Shown here piece by piece: positions 51,936-64,000 of a stretch of 64,000 nt of DNA. This DNA comes from Octopus vulgaris. Taxonomy: Eukaryota. The position numbers and the translations under genes are program-made. Positions within the stretch are counted from its first letter, which is position 1. The number at the start of each line of letters is the position of its first letter. The notes beneath the pieces were generated by a model. It was not told the origin of the DNA, searched no databases, and saw nothing but the letters and a program-made list of their open reading frames with translations. Location: positions 135,470,001 through 135,534,000 of the forward strand of contig OX597817.1 in assembly GCA_951406725.2 (NCBI GenBank). The letters are read 5' to 3'.

Positions 51936-52013
51936 CATTTGCTGTAAGGCTAAATTTTGGTTCTCTAATTCTTTGATTTTAGAACAAGACGAATTCTGAA
52001 ATTCATCCAGCAT
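51936..52013 (-). CDS. GRIPAP1: GRIPAP1 coding exon (MLDEFQNSSCSKIKELENQNLALQQM); 5' boundary uncertain
   Basis: Long polypyrimidine tract + tttaag| and ATG|gtaaga donor; open only in phase 0, which conflicts with the upstream phase-2 donor (see findings). Confidence 0.78.
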
Positions 52014-54677
52014 CTTAAAGAAGAGAAAAGACAAAAGAAATTAAAAGCAAGATAAAGGTTTATAATTTCCATCTTTCATCATCAACACTATTGCACCATC
52101 TTCAGCAGCAACAGCAGCAGCACTCTTAATCCTCGTTATCATGATCAAATAATCACTCTTAACATTCATCATCAACACCAACATTATCACTTATCAGCCA
52201 CCAACAGCTTCAGGATCTATAAAACCCACCAATCTTGGCCAGTGAATGCCCTTTGGACATAATCAAAGTCAGGGAGAGTTTGTGTGTGTGTGGGGTCTTG
52301 CGTGTATGGACAATTGTTGAATCTTCTGCCAAATAAACCAGCCCAGGCCTGCAGATGCAAATACATACATATGCATACACAAACACACACACATACACAT
52401 TGCTTTCTATACCAAGAATCTCTGGATCTCATCTCTGGAATATATATATATAAAATTGGTCAGTTATCCGAAAAATAACACACTCTCCATTAGTAAAGAG
52501 GTTATGTGCCTCTGAGCAGCCGGCCTTGCGTGTCGCCTGTATTGACAAGAATAATAATAGACATGAAACCAATGGTAACTTTCTGATTGACCTTAAGCAA
52601 TCATCATCATCATCATTTAACATCCGTTTTCCATGCTAGCATGGGTTGGACGGTTCAACAGGGGTCTGGGAAGCCAGGAAGCTGCACCAGGCTCCAGTCT
52701 GATTTGGCAATGTTTCTACAGCTGGATGCCCTTCCTAATGCCAACCACTCCGAGAGTGTAGTGGGTGCTTTTTACATACCACCAGCACAGGTGCCAGGGG
52801 AGGCTGGCAGTGGCCACGATCGGTTGGTGCTTTTTACATGCTACCAGCACAGAAGCCAGTCAAGGCGGCGCTGGCATCGGCCACATTCGGATGATGCTTT
52901 TTACGTGCCACCAGCACAGGTAACACAACTACAATTTCCATTTGACTACAATGATTACATCAAAACATATATATACATCATCGTCGTCGTTGTCGCTTAA
53001 CATCTTTCCGTGCTGGCATGAGTTGGACGGTTTGACTGAGTCCTTTATATTATTATATGATCTAATGCCATACATCCTCTTCCAAGTAAGTTTTATCTTA
53101 ATAATTCTGAGGCACACTCTATACGATCTATTTACTATTTCGTTTTTCTCTCTTTCTCTCTCTTATTCTTTTACCTCCTCTTCTCCCACTATTCTATCCT
53201 ATTACTCTGTCTCTCTCTCTCTCTCTCTCCCTCAATCCTCCTCCCTTGCTCACATGGCTTCCACGTGACCATCGGCCATCTTTCTTTCTTCTAACTTGGG
53301 GTTTCTTTCTTTCTCAGCGTTGTAGCTGGAACAAGGAAGACGTGTTCTTGTTTGTCTCCTGTCCTAGCTTGATTTATGCGTTCGCCACCACCACCCGTTT
53401 AGGCTTAGCAGCCCTTCCTGTTTGTTTTTACTGTCCTGTTTGTGTTACCAATTTTGACCCTCAACAAAATCTCAAATTTTATTTAATTTGCTTTGCAGGA
53501 GCAACTGTTTTATTGAAAGCGTATATTGTTGTTAAATGCTCAAAATACAAGACTAGAAAAACAGCCAAATATTGATGAAGGGTCGTTCTTTATGTTGTTC
53601 GTTTTGTTTTCCATTTGTGTCTTTCGCTGTTCGAAAAAATAGTTCATATTCCATGTACTCGTACTTCATATTCTTTTGCTGTAAACGTTTCACGATGTCC
53701 TCTGCCCACATATGCATATATATATATATATATACGAATAGATGTAAGTATGTGCATATATGTTTGTATCTATGTGTATATATAAATATATTATTTATAT
53801 TTTTATTATATATATATTCTTTTCTTTTATTCTTTTTCTTTTACTTGTTTCAGTCATTTGACTGCGACCATGTCAGAGCTCCACCTTTAGTTGAACAAAT
53901 CAACTCCAGAACTTATACTTTGTAACCCCAGTACTTATTCTATTGGTCTCCGTTGCTGAACCACTAAGTTATGGGGATGCAAACACACCAACATTGGTTG
54001 TCAAACAATGGTGGAGGGACAAATACAGACGCACACTCACACACACACACACAAGTATATACATACACACACACACATATATATATATAATTAAGAAGTA
54101 ATGTCATAAAACATTACGGAGGATATATTATAAATAATTAAGATTATTTATGAATATATCAATGTCCAAACATGTTATAAGAAAATACATAGAAGAAAAA
54201 CATTTATAATTATGAACAAATCACAGTTATAACTAAGAGGGTTCCAAAACCCTTTCATGTTAAAAATAGCAGCCAAAACTGCTATAAAGCCATTTTATTG
54301 CTCATATCATTTCCCTTCATGATAAAAACTGTCTTCGGGCGACATGACAAATAGAATCCACAACTTTAAAATAACTGGTTAATGCCCTATTGCAATTTCA
54401 GTGTTAGGGACCACTTAAGGGACCCATTTGTCTCGTCAGGGGAAATATTCCTATAGATAGAAATCAAAACAAGATTTTGCCTTGGGGTTAGCATGAATCC
54501 CAACTGGCAAAAGAAATGTTTCCACCTCTGTCTACACAATCAAGTTTTGAATTCAAATGCCATGCACAGCTTTTATGTGAAAAGACCAGTAAATTCGATC
54601 CACAGTAAAATCACCGGATATGAGTTGGGAAAATATAAACCCTCTTCACTATAATTGTGACTTATTCATAATTATAA

Positions 54678-54725
<48 letters not shown>

Positions 54726-54926
54726 AACATATACAACGGGCTTCTTTCAGTTTCCGTCTACCAGATCCACTCACAAGGCTTTGGTCAGTTCAAGGCTATA
54801 GTAGAAGACGCTTGCCCAGGGTGCCATGCCGTAAGTATGAACCTGGAACCATGTGGTTGGGAAGCAAGCTTCTTACCACACAGCTACACCTGCACACACA
54901 CACACACGCACACACACACATATATG

Positions 54927-54959
<33 letters not shown>

Positions 54960-56334
54960 GTATATACATACACACACAGCTATATAAATACATGTGTACA
55001 GAAACAAAGTAAACCTTGACCAAGAGAGGACTCTTAACGTAACACACAAACGCACACTCAGGTTCCCGTCCAATTTCACTTTGATCAAATACCACACACA
55101 AGCTACAAATCAACACTACAGTAGAGACACTTCTTCAAAGAGTCAGAGAACTGGAACCAAGCGATAACTCCACAGCTACAAACCTGCCACAACCCACATG
55201 GCTAAACATTTACAAACCTGCTGTTTAGATTCCATTTCAGCCTGCAGCTTATTGACCACATCTGTATAATACTTCTTTTCCCGATCACGACCAGCCTGGA
55301 CCTCTTCAAGCCGTTTTCTTCAAAGGATTAAAAGATAAAAATGAAAATAAGCAACTTGTGATTTTCCAAAATTATTATCAGAATCTGTTCAATTACTTCT
55401 AAATGCCACCCCCATCTCTTCCCCATTCACTTCTGCCCCCACCTCTACCATCTGTCACTCACCTTTCACAATCTCAAGAACCAACCAATCCAGCTATCCT
55501 CAAGTTTCAGTCCCTATTCTCTCTCCATCCACCTTCTTGTACCCTAGGGGTATGCTCTGACACCTTATTTCCACCATCCTTTCTCCCTTTCCAGCTAGAG
55601 TAGCCATGGATCTCCTCAAAAACAGGATGCTTGTTCCTGTCCTTCCATCATATTTTGGATTCTCAACACCCAACACAAAGCCCACCACCTTCAATCCTGC
55701 ACCTCCACTCAGCTGAGGGGTCTTGTCTTGCAAGCTGCTTGATGAACTCACATGTGATGGGGTCAGGGAAAAACAAAGCACCCAGTTCATACTGTAAAGT
55801 GGTTGGTGTTAGGAAGGGCATCTTGCTGTAGAAACCATGTCAAAACAGACAATGGAGCTCAAAGCAGGGCAATAGGTAACTGGGTGCTGTCAAACCATCC
55901 AACCCGGATGTGAAATGGCTACAACTCCTACAACTGTGGCCTCTGTTCCTCGGAGAGTGTTGCTCCTTTACTGCTTCTAATCATGAACTTCTTATTTCCT
56001 CATCTCTAATTCTTCTCACAACCCACATTAGGTCTAAACACCACCACCACCCACTCCTACCACTTCCCTACCATCCCCCATTACCACCAATCACTATACC
56101 CAATCCTCCCCCACCCCAGAATGATATCCTTCTGGAATTACTTACCAGACTATTGCCATTTCCTGCAACCATCAACTTTCAACCGATCAAAGGTAACATT
56201 AATTATGTCAATTTCATTAATCCCAGAGATCATGTGACATCCCTGCACTCAGTCCCTTCTCCCACCCCACCCCACCCCCCACACTAGATCAATAAAAAAA
56301 ATCGAAGAATTTGTAGAAGATTGTCTTTACTTAC

Positions 56335-56382
56335 TCAGCTTCCTTGAAATATGTTTCTTTCTCTTCCTGTAAATGAACATAG
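56335..56382 (-). CDS. GRIPAP1: GRIPAP1 coding exon (YVHLQEEKETYFKEA)
   Basis: tctgtttacag| ... GA|gtaagt; 48 nt, phase 2/2; LQxEKET motif. Confidence 0.87.
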   Translation of the reverse strand, partial: LCSFTGRERNIFQGS

Positions 56383-56435
56383 CTGTAAACAGAAGACATT
56401 GGCATTAGAGGCGATCAACTGGTCACTAAAAAACT

Positions 56436-56752
56436 GGCACTCAGCCAGTTATAGCAACGAGGCTCCCACATGATCCAATCAACAAAACAGCCTACTCGTG
56501 AAATTAACTTGCAAGTGGCTGAGTACTCCACAGATGTGTACTTTTAATGTAGTTCTCAGGGAGATTCAGCGTGACACAGAATGTGACAAAGCTGACCCTT
56601 TGAATTACAGGGTCAACTCATTTTTGCCAGCTGAGTGGACTGGAGCAATGTGCAGTAAAGTGTCTTGCTCAAGGACACAATACACTGCCAGGAATTGAAC
56701 TCACGACCTTATGACGGTGAGCCAAGAACCCTAACTACTAAGCCATGTGCCA
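56436..56752 (-). mobile_element. tRNA-derived SINE family D
   Basis: Reverse strand tggcttagtagttagg...gagttcaattcc then tgtccttgagcaagacactt core. Confidence 0.7.
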
Positions 56753-57201
56753 TCACTGGAGAGTGGTGCTAGGGAGACTTGTGTGGCTGCAGCTGTTAGA
56801 GAAGGCTGAGTGGACCCACTTATGACATTGGGTCAACTGGCCGATAACAGTACCACCTGATTGGCACCCATGCCAGTGGAACGTTAAAAGTACCATTCAA
56901 GCATGATCGGTGCCAGGGCCACTGACTGGCTCCTGCGCCGGTGGCATGTAAAGAGCACCATTTGAGCATGGCCGATGCCAGTACCACTTGATTGTCCCTC
57001 ATGCCAGTGGCACGTAAAAGCACCCACTACACTCTCGGAGTGGTTGGCGTTAGGAAGGGCATCTAGCTGTAGAAACTCTACCGGATCAGATCGGAGCCTG
57101 GTACAGCCTTCTGGCTCACCAGCCCTCAATCAAACTGTCCAACCTATGCCAGCATGGAAAGCGGACGCTAAACAATGATGATGATGATATATTTATTTAT
57201 A

Positions 57202-57236
<35 letters not shown>

Positions 57237-57419
57237 CTGAACACTTATATCTTATATCTGAACACTACTACAGAAATATTCTTTTAAAAAACTTTTCTTC
57301 TAATTTTTCTAAATTTAATTATTTAATCGTTACAGTTGAAAAGGTCTCAAAATGACCGAAACCGGTACTGAAAGATTCACTATAAAATCATCTTAGCATT
57401 TTCTATTTTTGACTTGTTT

Positions 57420-57469
<50 letters not shown>

Positions 57470-57764
57470 TTATTTATTTATATATATATATATATACATA
57501 TATATATACATATATGTTTTATATAAACACACACACACACACACACGGTTCCATCTACTAAGTTCACCCACTCAGAAAGCCTTGGTCAGCCCAAGGCTAT
57601 AATAGAAGACACTTGCTCAAGGTACCATGCAGTGGGACTGAACCCAAAATCATGTCGTTACAAAGCAAGCAACATTTATAAACCCACTGAATCCATGAAA
57701 CATTATGCAAAATTCTTTAAAAAATGTAAAAAAAAAAACAATTATAAGTAAATGACTGATTTAC

Positions 57765-57844
57765 CTTTCTTGTTTTCTTTTCAATTTTTCCGATAATTTT
57801 TCAATTTCATCTTCGAAAGATGCTATTTGTTGTCTGAATTTTTT
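57765..57844 (-). CDS. GRIPAP1: GRIPAP1 coding exon (KKFRQQIASFEDEIEKLSEKLKRKQES)
   Basis: aatttgtag| ... AG|gtaaat; 80 nt, phase 0/2; KLSEKLKxKQES motif. Confidence 0.9.
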
Positions 57845-57966
57845 CTACAAATTAAAAATAATAACATTTAAAATAAAGATTCTGGGAAAAAATTCTTCAA
57901 TAAGAGCTAAAATTCAAAACAAAATTAGAAAAAGAAAGAAAAAGTTGAAAATGATAACAGTCTTAC

Positions 57967-58037
57967 ATCGGAACTGTTAAGCTGTTCTTTGAGTATTCGA
58001 TTTTCTTCAAGTTCAGTTTCTAAGTTTAATCTCAACA
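57967..58037 (-). CDS. GRIPAP1: GRIPAP1 coding exon (VLRLNLETELEENRILKEQLNSSD)
   Basis: tttattccag| ... GAT|gtaaga; 71 nt, phase 1/0; coiled-coil. Confidence 0.87.
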
Positions 58038-58611
58038 CTGGAATAAATAAACAAATAAGTAAATAAATAGACAATACAAAAATTAAATTTTTAAATGAGA
58101 TTACATAGAATTTTGGATCATAATGGAAAACTTCAGTTTATAACCATCTGCTGAAGTGCCAAACGCAGAACTTTACCTTATCCATCAGAGCCATGGAATG
58201 CAACAGTGGCAACTTTCGAATCAAGAAGGCTTTCTTAATTAATAAGTTCAAAATCTTCATTAAAGATTGGGAATATGATCATACATGCTGCGTGGATGTT
58301 GGGGAAATATTCACTGTGTGTCACATGGGATACACAGGACAGGCAAACCGTCATTAAGAAGACACAATTAGCTGTGAAGTCATCCAGACTCACGCCAACA
58401 TATAAAATGGGAGACAAAGCAGTGAAATATCTAAAATACAATTTCCGTCTGCTACAAACAAAATAGATTTGAGGAAAAGTACAACTTCAAAATCTCATGT
58501 TAGATTTAGGTTTGATCATTCAACTAAATTATAAAGGAAAGGAAAAGAATGGGAAGACAGTTTTTATGTTTTAAATCTGAAGAAATAGCAATAATGTTTT
58601 GGTAGACTTAC

Positions 58612-58683
58612 CACTTAATTCTTGGATGCATTCTTCTTTTGAAGGTGATTGTAAAATATTTTTGTTTTTATCATTTGATAAAG
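58612..58683 (-). CDS. GRIPAP1: GRIPAP1 coding exon (ALSNDKNKNILQSPSKEECIQELS)
   Basis: attcttacag| ... G|gtaagt; 72 nt, phase 1/1. Confidence 0.78.
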
Positions 58684-58753
58684 CTGTAAGAATTATACAG
58701 ACAAAATGAAACATCAATATACTTTTCAATAAATGAATATTTTTTTTTATAAA

Positions 58754-58787
<34 letters not shown>

Positions 58788-58924
58788 TATGCATGCATGC
58801 ATGTCATTATTCAATTTATTTCAAGATTCCTTGCTTATAGAGAAAGTGCTGGTTTCTAACCTAGATCCAAGTCTCCTTCATTGGAATTTCAACATCAACA
58901 ACAGGGTATGTATGTATATATGTA

Positions 58925-59033
<109 letters not shown>

Positions 59034-59104
59034 ATTTGTATGTTTTGTTTTATGTATGTCTTCTCATGCATACAGCTATATATCTAGACATGCTCATATA
59101 TATA

Positions 59105-59405
59105 TATTTAAATGATAAGTTCTGGAAAGTTTTACAGATTTTTACAGTTCCATTGATAGATTGGATCTGTAGTCTTCAAATTAGCTTTCTCTTTTCTGGT
59201 TTTGAGAAACCTAATCTCTCAAGACTGGTATTTAGGCAGTGTGATACATATCACAGGGCCCCAATAATTACAGGTATAAACCTGAACTTTTAATCTAGAT
59301 AGAGTAACTGCAGATTTCTCAATAGTTCAGCATAGGTGTTCCCTTTTTCACTGATCTTCAGCTTTAATAATAACATCAGCTGGGCAACTAATTTCCACAA
59401 CTGTA
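59105..59405 (-). mobile_element. RLE-type (R4/R2/NeSL-like) LINE 3' fragment
   Basis: Reverse strand: VVEISCPAD..EK.NTYAELLRNLQLLY..FIPVIIGAL..LQIQSINGTVKICKTF with frameshift and stops. Confidence 0.7.
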
Positions 59406-60031
59406 AACTGATGCCAGTCATCGAATTTGATTTCGATTTCACTTGCCTCAACAGGTCTTTGCAAGCAGAAGGTACACATAAGGAAAGGTACGCATAAGTG
59501 GGCTGGTTACACCACTGACATAGGCCACGAGGTTATGGCTTCACTTGGCTTGCCGGGTCTTCTCAAGCATAAATTATTTATTTTTAAAAAGCCAAAAACA
59601 TGGAATTAAAATTTCATTAAAAAAAAAGGGTTTAATTTTGATGTAATCGTTTTTATTTTCATGCCAAACGTAATTAACCTTTTGGATTCACTTGGGATCA
59701 GTTGAGTCAGCTCTGACCAACAAGTTCTAAATACACATTAAAATGATTAAGTAATGTGTCTTTCAAATTGAAATTTACAAAATTAACCAGAGTCTCAATT
59801 TTAATAATGACCAATTCCATAGACACACTTGAAACAGCATTAGATTACAATAATGAAGTGTATATAATGTATATACAAATGTAGAATGGTACCAACTGCA
59901 AGATTTTTCAGAGGTAACTAATGTTTATGTCAATATTTCTATAAAGTTTGCAACCGAAACAATTCTAGAAGCTTCTGTAGAATGGCCGTGGACAAGAATA
60001 CTGCTGGTATCAGTTCTAAATATTTACTCAC

Positions 60032-60066
60032 CTTCAGACTGGGAAATACTTGAATCACTTGATGTC
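60032..60066 (-). CDS. GRIPAP1: GRIPAP1 coding exon, 35 nt (TSSDSSISQSE)
   Basis: ttaattcag| ... G|gtgagt; phase 2 in, phase 1 out, consistent with neighbours. Confidence 0.72.
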
Positions 60067-60244
60067 CTGAATTAATAAAAGCAAATATAATCATGAATTA
60101 TCAAAAGATTAGATAAAACTCAAAATTGTTAAGCACAGAAAATTAGAGCTTAATTATGAATGAGACTAATGAATTAACTGAGCTCAAATGAATTTAACAA
60201 TAGGTTGACTGTTTCAACTCTACCTCCATAATATTTATATAATA

Positions 60245-61520
60245 CTTAGCAGAGGTACCCGGCATTGCCGGGTATAACTGTCAATGGAGTAATCGGTGAA
60301 ATGAACTAAAAGACTTCCGTCGAATATGACTATAGAAGTAACTAAAGAGGGCCTTTGAACGTTCACTATGAAATATCTCTACAGCGGTGCTGCCAGCAAA
60401 GATGAATCCGATGGTAACAATTTAATCTTGCTGGTCCTGAAGAGAGCCTTGGATCGTTCACTCTTAAAAGTCTTAGCAGCGGTGCTGCCAACAAAGACAA
60501 ATCCAGTGAAAGAAATTTATAGTTGGGGGCCCTGAAGAGGACCTTTAAATATTCACTTTGAATTATCTCAGTGGCAGTGCCGCCAGCAAAGCTGAATCTA
60601 ATGGTAACAATTAAAACTTGGTGGCCCCGTAAAGGGCCTTGGATCAATCACTCTCAAAAGTCCTAGCAGCAGAGCTGTCAGCAAAGATAACTCCAATTTG
60701 AAGAGGTGGCCCTTAAGGAGTCCTTCACACCACTTTGGTGTGTCGTATTTGCTTTGCTTGTTATTTGAGATTGTAACCTAGAAAAGCATGTAAAAGTCGG
60801 TGGCCACAAAAACAGTCTTGGCAAGATCACACTGGAATGTCAAAAAAATGTGTAAATAAGATGTAGGGAAAAGTAGATTAAGTTAAAACTACAGAACAAC
60901 GATAGCGAAGCATGATAGCAACATATAAATGCAGAAAACAGAGACATTGAACATTTATAATGCATAGTAAATGCAACCTCAGAGGCATAAGTGGTATTGT
61001 CAAAAGGACAAACATAGCAAACGGATAATACAGCGAATGTAAGCACTTATACAAAAAAAAAAAACAGGGATTACTTGTTGGTGGATAGGGCGCCTACAAT
61101 GACTATATTTTGGGTTTTCTCACGAGTTGCAAAAGCAAATAGGTTATGTCGGCTCGCCACTCGAGAGCAGCCAACATATAGTTGACCAAGGGAGAAGCAC
61201 AGTTCTTCTAAATTAAGCCCTACGGCCATCAGCATCTGACCCTGTGATTTGTCAAACGATATGGCAAAACTGAGCCAGAGAGGGAAGTGCGGCCTTCTGA
61301 ATATGAAAGGAATATCTTTACCGGATGGAACAAGAGGTATCACTGGGATGAAGACAGTGTCCCCACTTACCACATCCAGTAAGTATTGCCGAGACAATAA
61401 CATGAGGCATCGCCTTTTGGATGACCAGACGTGTGCTGTTGCAAAGCCTGGGGAAGTTCAAAATTCCTGAGGAGCAAGACAGGGGTGCCTTTCTTAAGTC
61501 GCAGTAAGTGTGGTAGCAAT
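60245..61520 (-). mobile_element. Helitron 3' portion: Pif1-like helicase C-terminus, subterminal repeats, 3' hairpin and CTAAG terminus
   Basis: LPHLLRLKKGTPVLLLRN, RLCNSTRL, FPLWLSFAISFDKSQGQ, GQLYVGCSRV motifs; palindrome tacccggca-t-tgccgggta at 60256-60274 just before the CTAAG|T end. Confidence 0.88.
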
Positions 61521-61765
61521 CTGTTTTATGAGGTAAGAGGGCCAACAAGGCTTCATTCATCTGAGAACCGTCGATGGATACGCCTGCAGAACGTACAGGG
61601 AAGCCTGCATGAGGCATGAACTTTTGGAAGATGACACACAATGGGATGCAACTTTGATGGAAGCTGCCATCACACAATCATCCCATAGTCTAAAGGCACT
61701 TTTCGCTTTCCTCGTGAATGTCTGTGAATCAAGCGATCCTTACTCTTTATGGCAAAAGTTTAAAG
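61521..61765 (+). mobile_element. Helitron RepHel central fragment, inverted relative to the adjacent helicase piece
   Basis: VRGPT/LRTVDG..TYREAC..LLEDD..W...L.EA..LF..C..SDPY.LW..FKD, the typical inter-Rep/helicase region. Confidence 0.8.
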
Positions 61766-62662
61766 ATCATGTTCACCGTGTGTGGATAGATGCCAGGCAA
61801 CTGAGTATAAATCAAACAGCCAATGCTTTTAGCACATCCCATGAAAGAGGTAGTCGAGAATATTCTGTACAATGAACTTGGTACAACAAAGGTTTCTACT
61901 TGGTGGGTGTCACATCTGATACCTGATCAAAGTGGAACAAGGCTGATCCCATCACAGGAAAATCTGATAATGTTTGGGACATATCCAGTTGGTTTCCTTG
62001 GATGATTCCAGACTCAGGATGAGTGTTGGCTTCATTTCTTTGAGCCAGAGACAAAGAGACAATTCATGTAATGGAAACTGCTCTCCTCACCTGCTCCAAA
62101 GAAGGCTAAAATCACTTTATCTGCAGGGAAGGTGATGGCTTCGGTTTAGTGGGATACAAGAAGCATTGTGTTTATTGTCTATCTTCAAAAAAGGCCACAC
62201 CATCAATGGAGAGTACCATGCCAACTTACAGAGGCAGTTATGATAGGCAGTCAAGATCAAACACCCAGGGAAACTGACAAAAGGGGTCTTGTTTCATCAG
62301 GACAATGTTCCAGCACACAAGTCCTTGGTTTCGATGGCTGCTGTGCAGACTGTGGCTTTGAACTGGTTGATCACCCTCCCTATTCTTCAGATTTGGCCCC
62401 ATCTAACTATCATCTGTTCCCCAACATGAAAAGTTACTTGGCTGAGAGCCAGCATCATAGTGATGATGACGTCATTATCTGCAGTTAATGAGTTTTGGGG
62501 GTAACAGGATGAAAGCTTCATCACCAAAGGGATCTAAATACTGCAAGACCAGTGTAAGTTTGTGGACCACAAGGGGCCTATGTTGGAAAAGGAACCTCAT
62601 TTGGACACATTTCATGAGAGTATCTTGGTCAGCCTACAAATTGTTCAGCCAACCATCATATA
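61766..62662 (+). mobile_element. Mariner transposase relic with right TIR-like end
   Basis: WVSHL (WVPHEL-like), QDECW, EPETKRQ, SAGKVMASV, HQDN, HPPYSSDLAPSNYHLF motifs with stops/frameshifts; ends ...ttcagccaaccatcata-TA. Confidence 0.87.
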
Positions 62663-63519
62663 TAATGTTTTAATTGTTTCAGTTATTAGACTGTGGCCAT
62701 ACTGGGGCAACACCACCTTCAAGAATTTTAGCTGAATGAATCAGCCTTGGTACTTGATTTTATTCAAAGCCTGGTACTTATTATTTTGCTCTTTTGCTGA
62801 ACTGCTAAGTTAAAGGGGTGTAAACAAACCAGCACCAGTTGTCAAGTAGTGGTGTGGGTGGGGACAAACACACACAAAGACACACATGCACACACACATA
62901 TACGACGGGCTTCTTTCAGTTTCTGTATGCCAAATCTACTCACAAGACTTTGGTGTCTATAGTAGTAAACACTTGCCCAAGGTGCCATGTAGTGGGACTG
63001 AACTCAGATCAATGTGGTTGGAAAGCAAACTTCTTACCACACAGCCAGGCCTGCACATATCATCATCATCATCATCGTTTAACGTCCACCTTCCATGCTA
63101 ACACAACTCACCACAACATTACATCAAGAACCTCACTCCCACCCCACCCCCATGAATATAACTTTGGGATGTCAGATGAATTCGTTCGTTTTTCCCCCGT
63201 TTATTTTAATCCTTTCCAATGTTATTTGAATTAACACAAAAATATATTTCTATTGAAGTGTTTTATGGGGGTGGGGTAGCCCACTCCTTACAACATTTGT
63301 TCATTGTTTTTGAAATTTGAATGAATTTAACCTATTTTCAGACATATGACAATGGAGTAGCAACTAGAAAGGAAAAACAATTCTTTTCTACTCTAGGCAC
63401 AAGGCACAAAATTTTTTGGGGGGGGGGAGGGGGGCAGTCGATTACATCAACCCCGTATGCAACTGGTACTTAATTTATCAACTCCGAAAGGATGAAAGGC
63501 AAAGTCGCAATGATCCAAA

Positions 63520-63705
63520 GATCCTGTCTTCTCCATCTCGAATAAGGGCCCAGTGCTGTAACAGCTTGCTAAATAACCTTAGAGGTTTGTGAGGTGCAGA
63601 TGTGGAGGTCTTCAAAGAGCATCTGGGCAAATTTTGATCAGAGATACCAGATGAACCCACATTGTGGTAGGAGACACAAAGAAGAGCAGCTCCGTCCAAC
63701 TTCAC
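63520..63705 (+). mobile_element. CR1-type LINE 3' remnant
   Basis: Reads NSLLNNLRGL..VEVFKEHLGKF..IPDEPT..RAAPSN, like CR1-group ORF2 ends; another CR1-like end (FFTLRIVEA..NEL) at ~23095-23215. Confidence 0.5.
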
Positions 63706-63943
63706 AAAAAAACTGCACAGAAAAGAAAGCCAAACACACTGAAACGTAGTGCTCCAGCAAGGCCCCAGCCTCTGGCTGAAACCAACAAAAGATAAAATTT
63801 TTCTGACAACACAGGACATCAACAACATCCCCCACCCACCCCTCACTACTACAATACAGCTGGATCCTGGTACAACAACAGATTCCAAACCAATAAACAT
63901 TACAAAGTTTCTTACTGAAACCAAACAAAACACAAACACTTAC

Positions 63944-64000
63944 TGGTTTGAACAATCTTCAGATCTTTTCTCTTCGTCGTTATCATCTGATTTTCCTTGA
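63944..64000 (-). CDS. GRIPAP1: GRIPAP1 coding exon, partial (QGKSDDNDEEKRSEDCSNQ)
   Basis: Open frame ending CA|gtaagt (phase 2), matches phase of exon at 60066; 5' end outside window. Confidence 0.7.

Noticed and set aside
52230-52348. AG/GT-bounded segment as the missing exon between 56335 and 52013
   Set aside because: Open from phase 2 but ends in phase 1, so it does not restore the frame; no coiled-coil character.

Overview
AT-rich, repeat-dense eukaryotic genomic DNA. The SINE/LINE repertoire points to an octopus (coleoid cephalopod) genome; this is inference. One host gene spans almost the whole window on the minus strand: a GRIPAP1 (GRIP1-associated protein 1 / GRASP-1) orthologue. 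I hand-traced 20 coding exons from 64000 (gene continues beyond the window) to the TGA at 4258-4260. All have GT-AG boundaries and consistent phases except the 56335->52013 junction. There the frame only closes with a microexon, a one-base genome difference, or an AA->AI edited acceptor. The introns hold a young 5'-truncated RTE LINE with an open 3' ORF and many copies of its modular 3' tail. They also hold decayed Tx1/L1, R4/Dong and CR1-like LINEs, a rearranged Helitron next to a mariner relic, piggyBac/hAT/Helentron-type MITEs, at least four tRNA-derived SINE families and long microsatellites. Non-obvious signals: Penelope-type hammerhead-ribozyme motifs (one sense to the pre-mRNA), a ~300-bp near-perfect foldback palindrome and a triplicated splice acceptor. 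Most ORFs in the supplied track are microsatellite or repeat artefacts. Family assignments are from motif recognition, not database searches.
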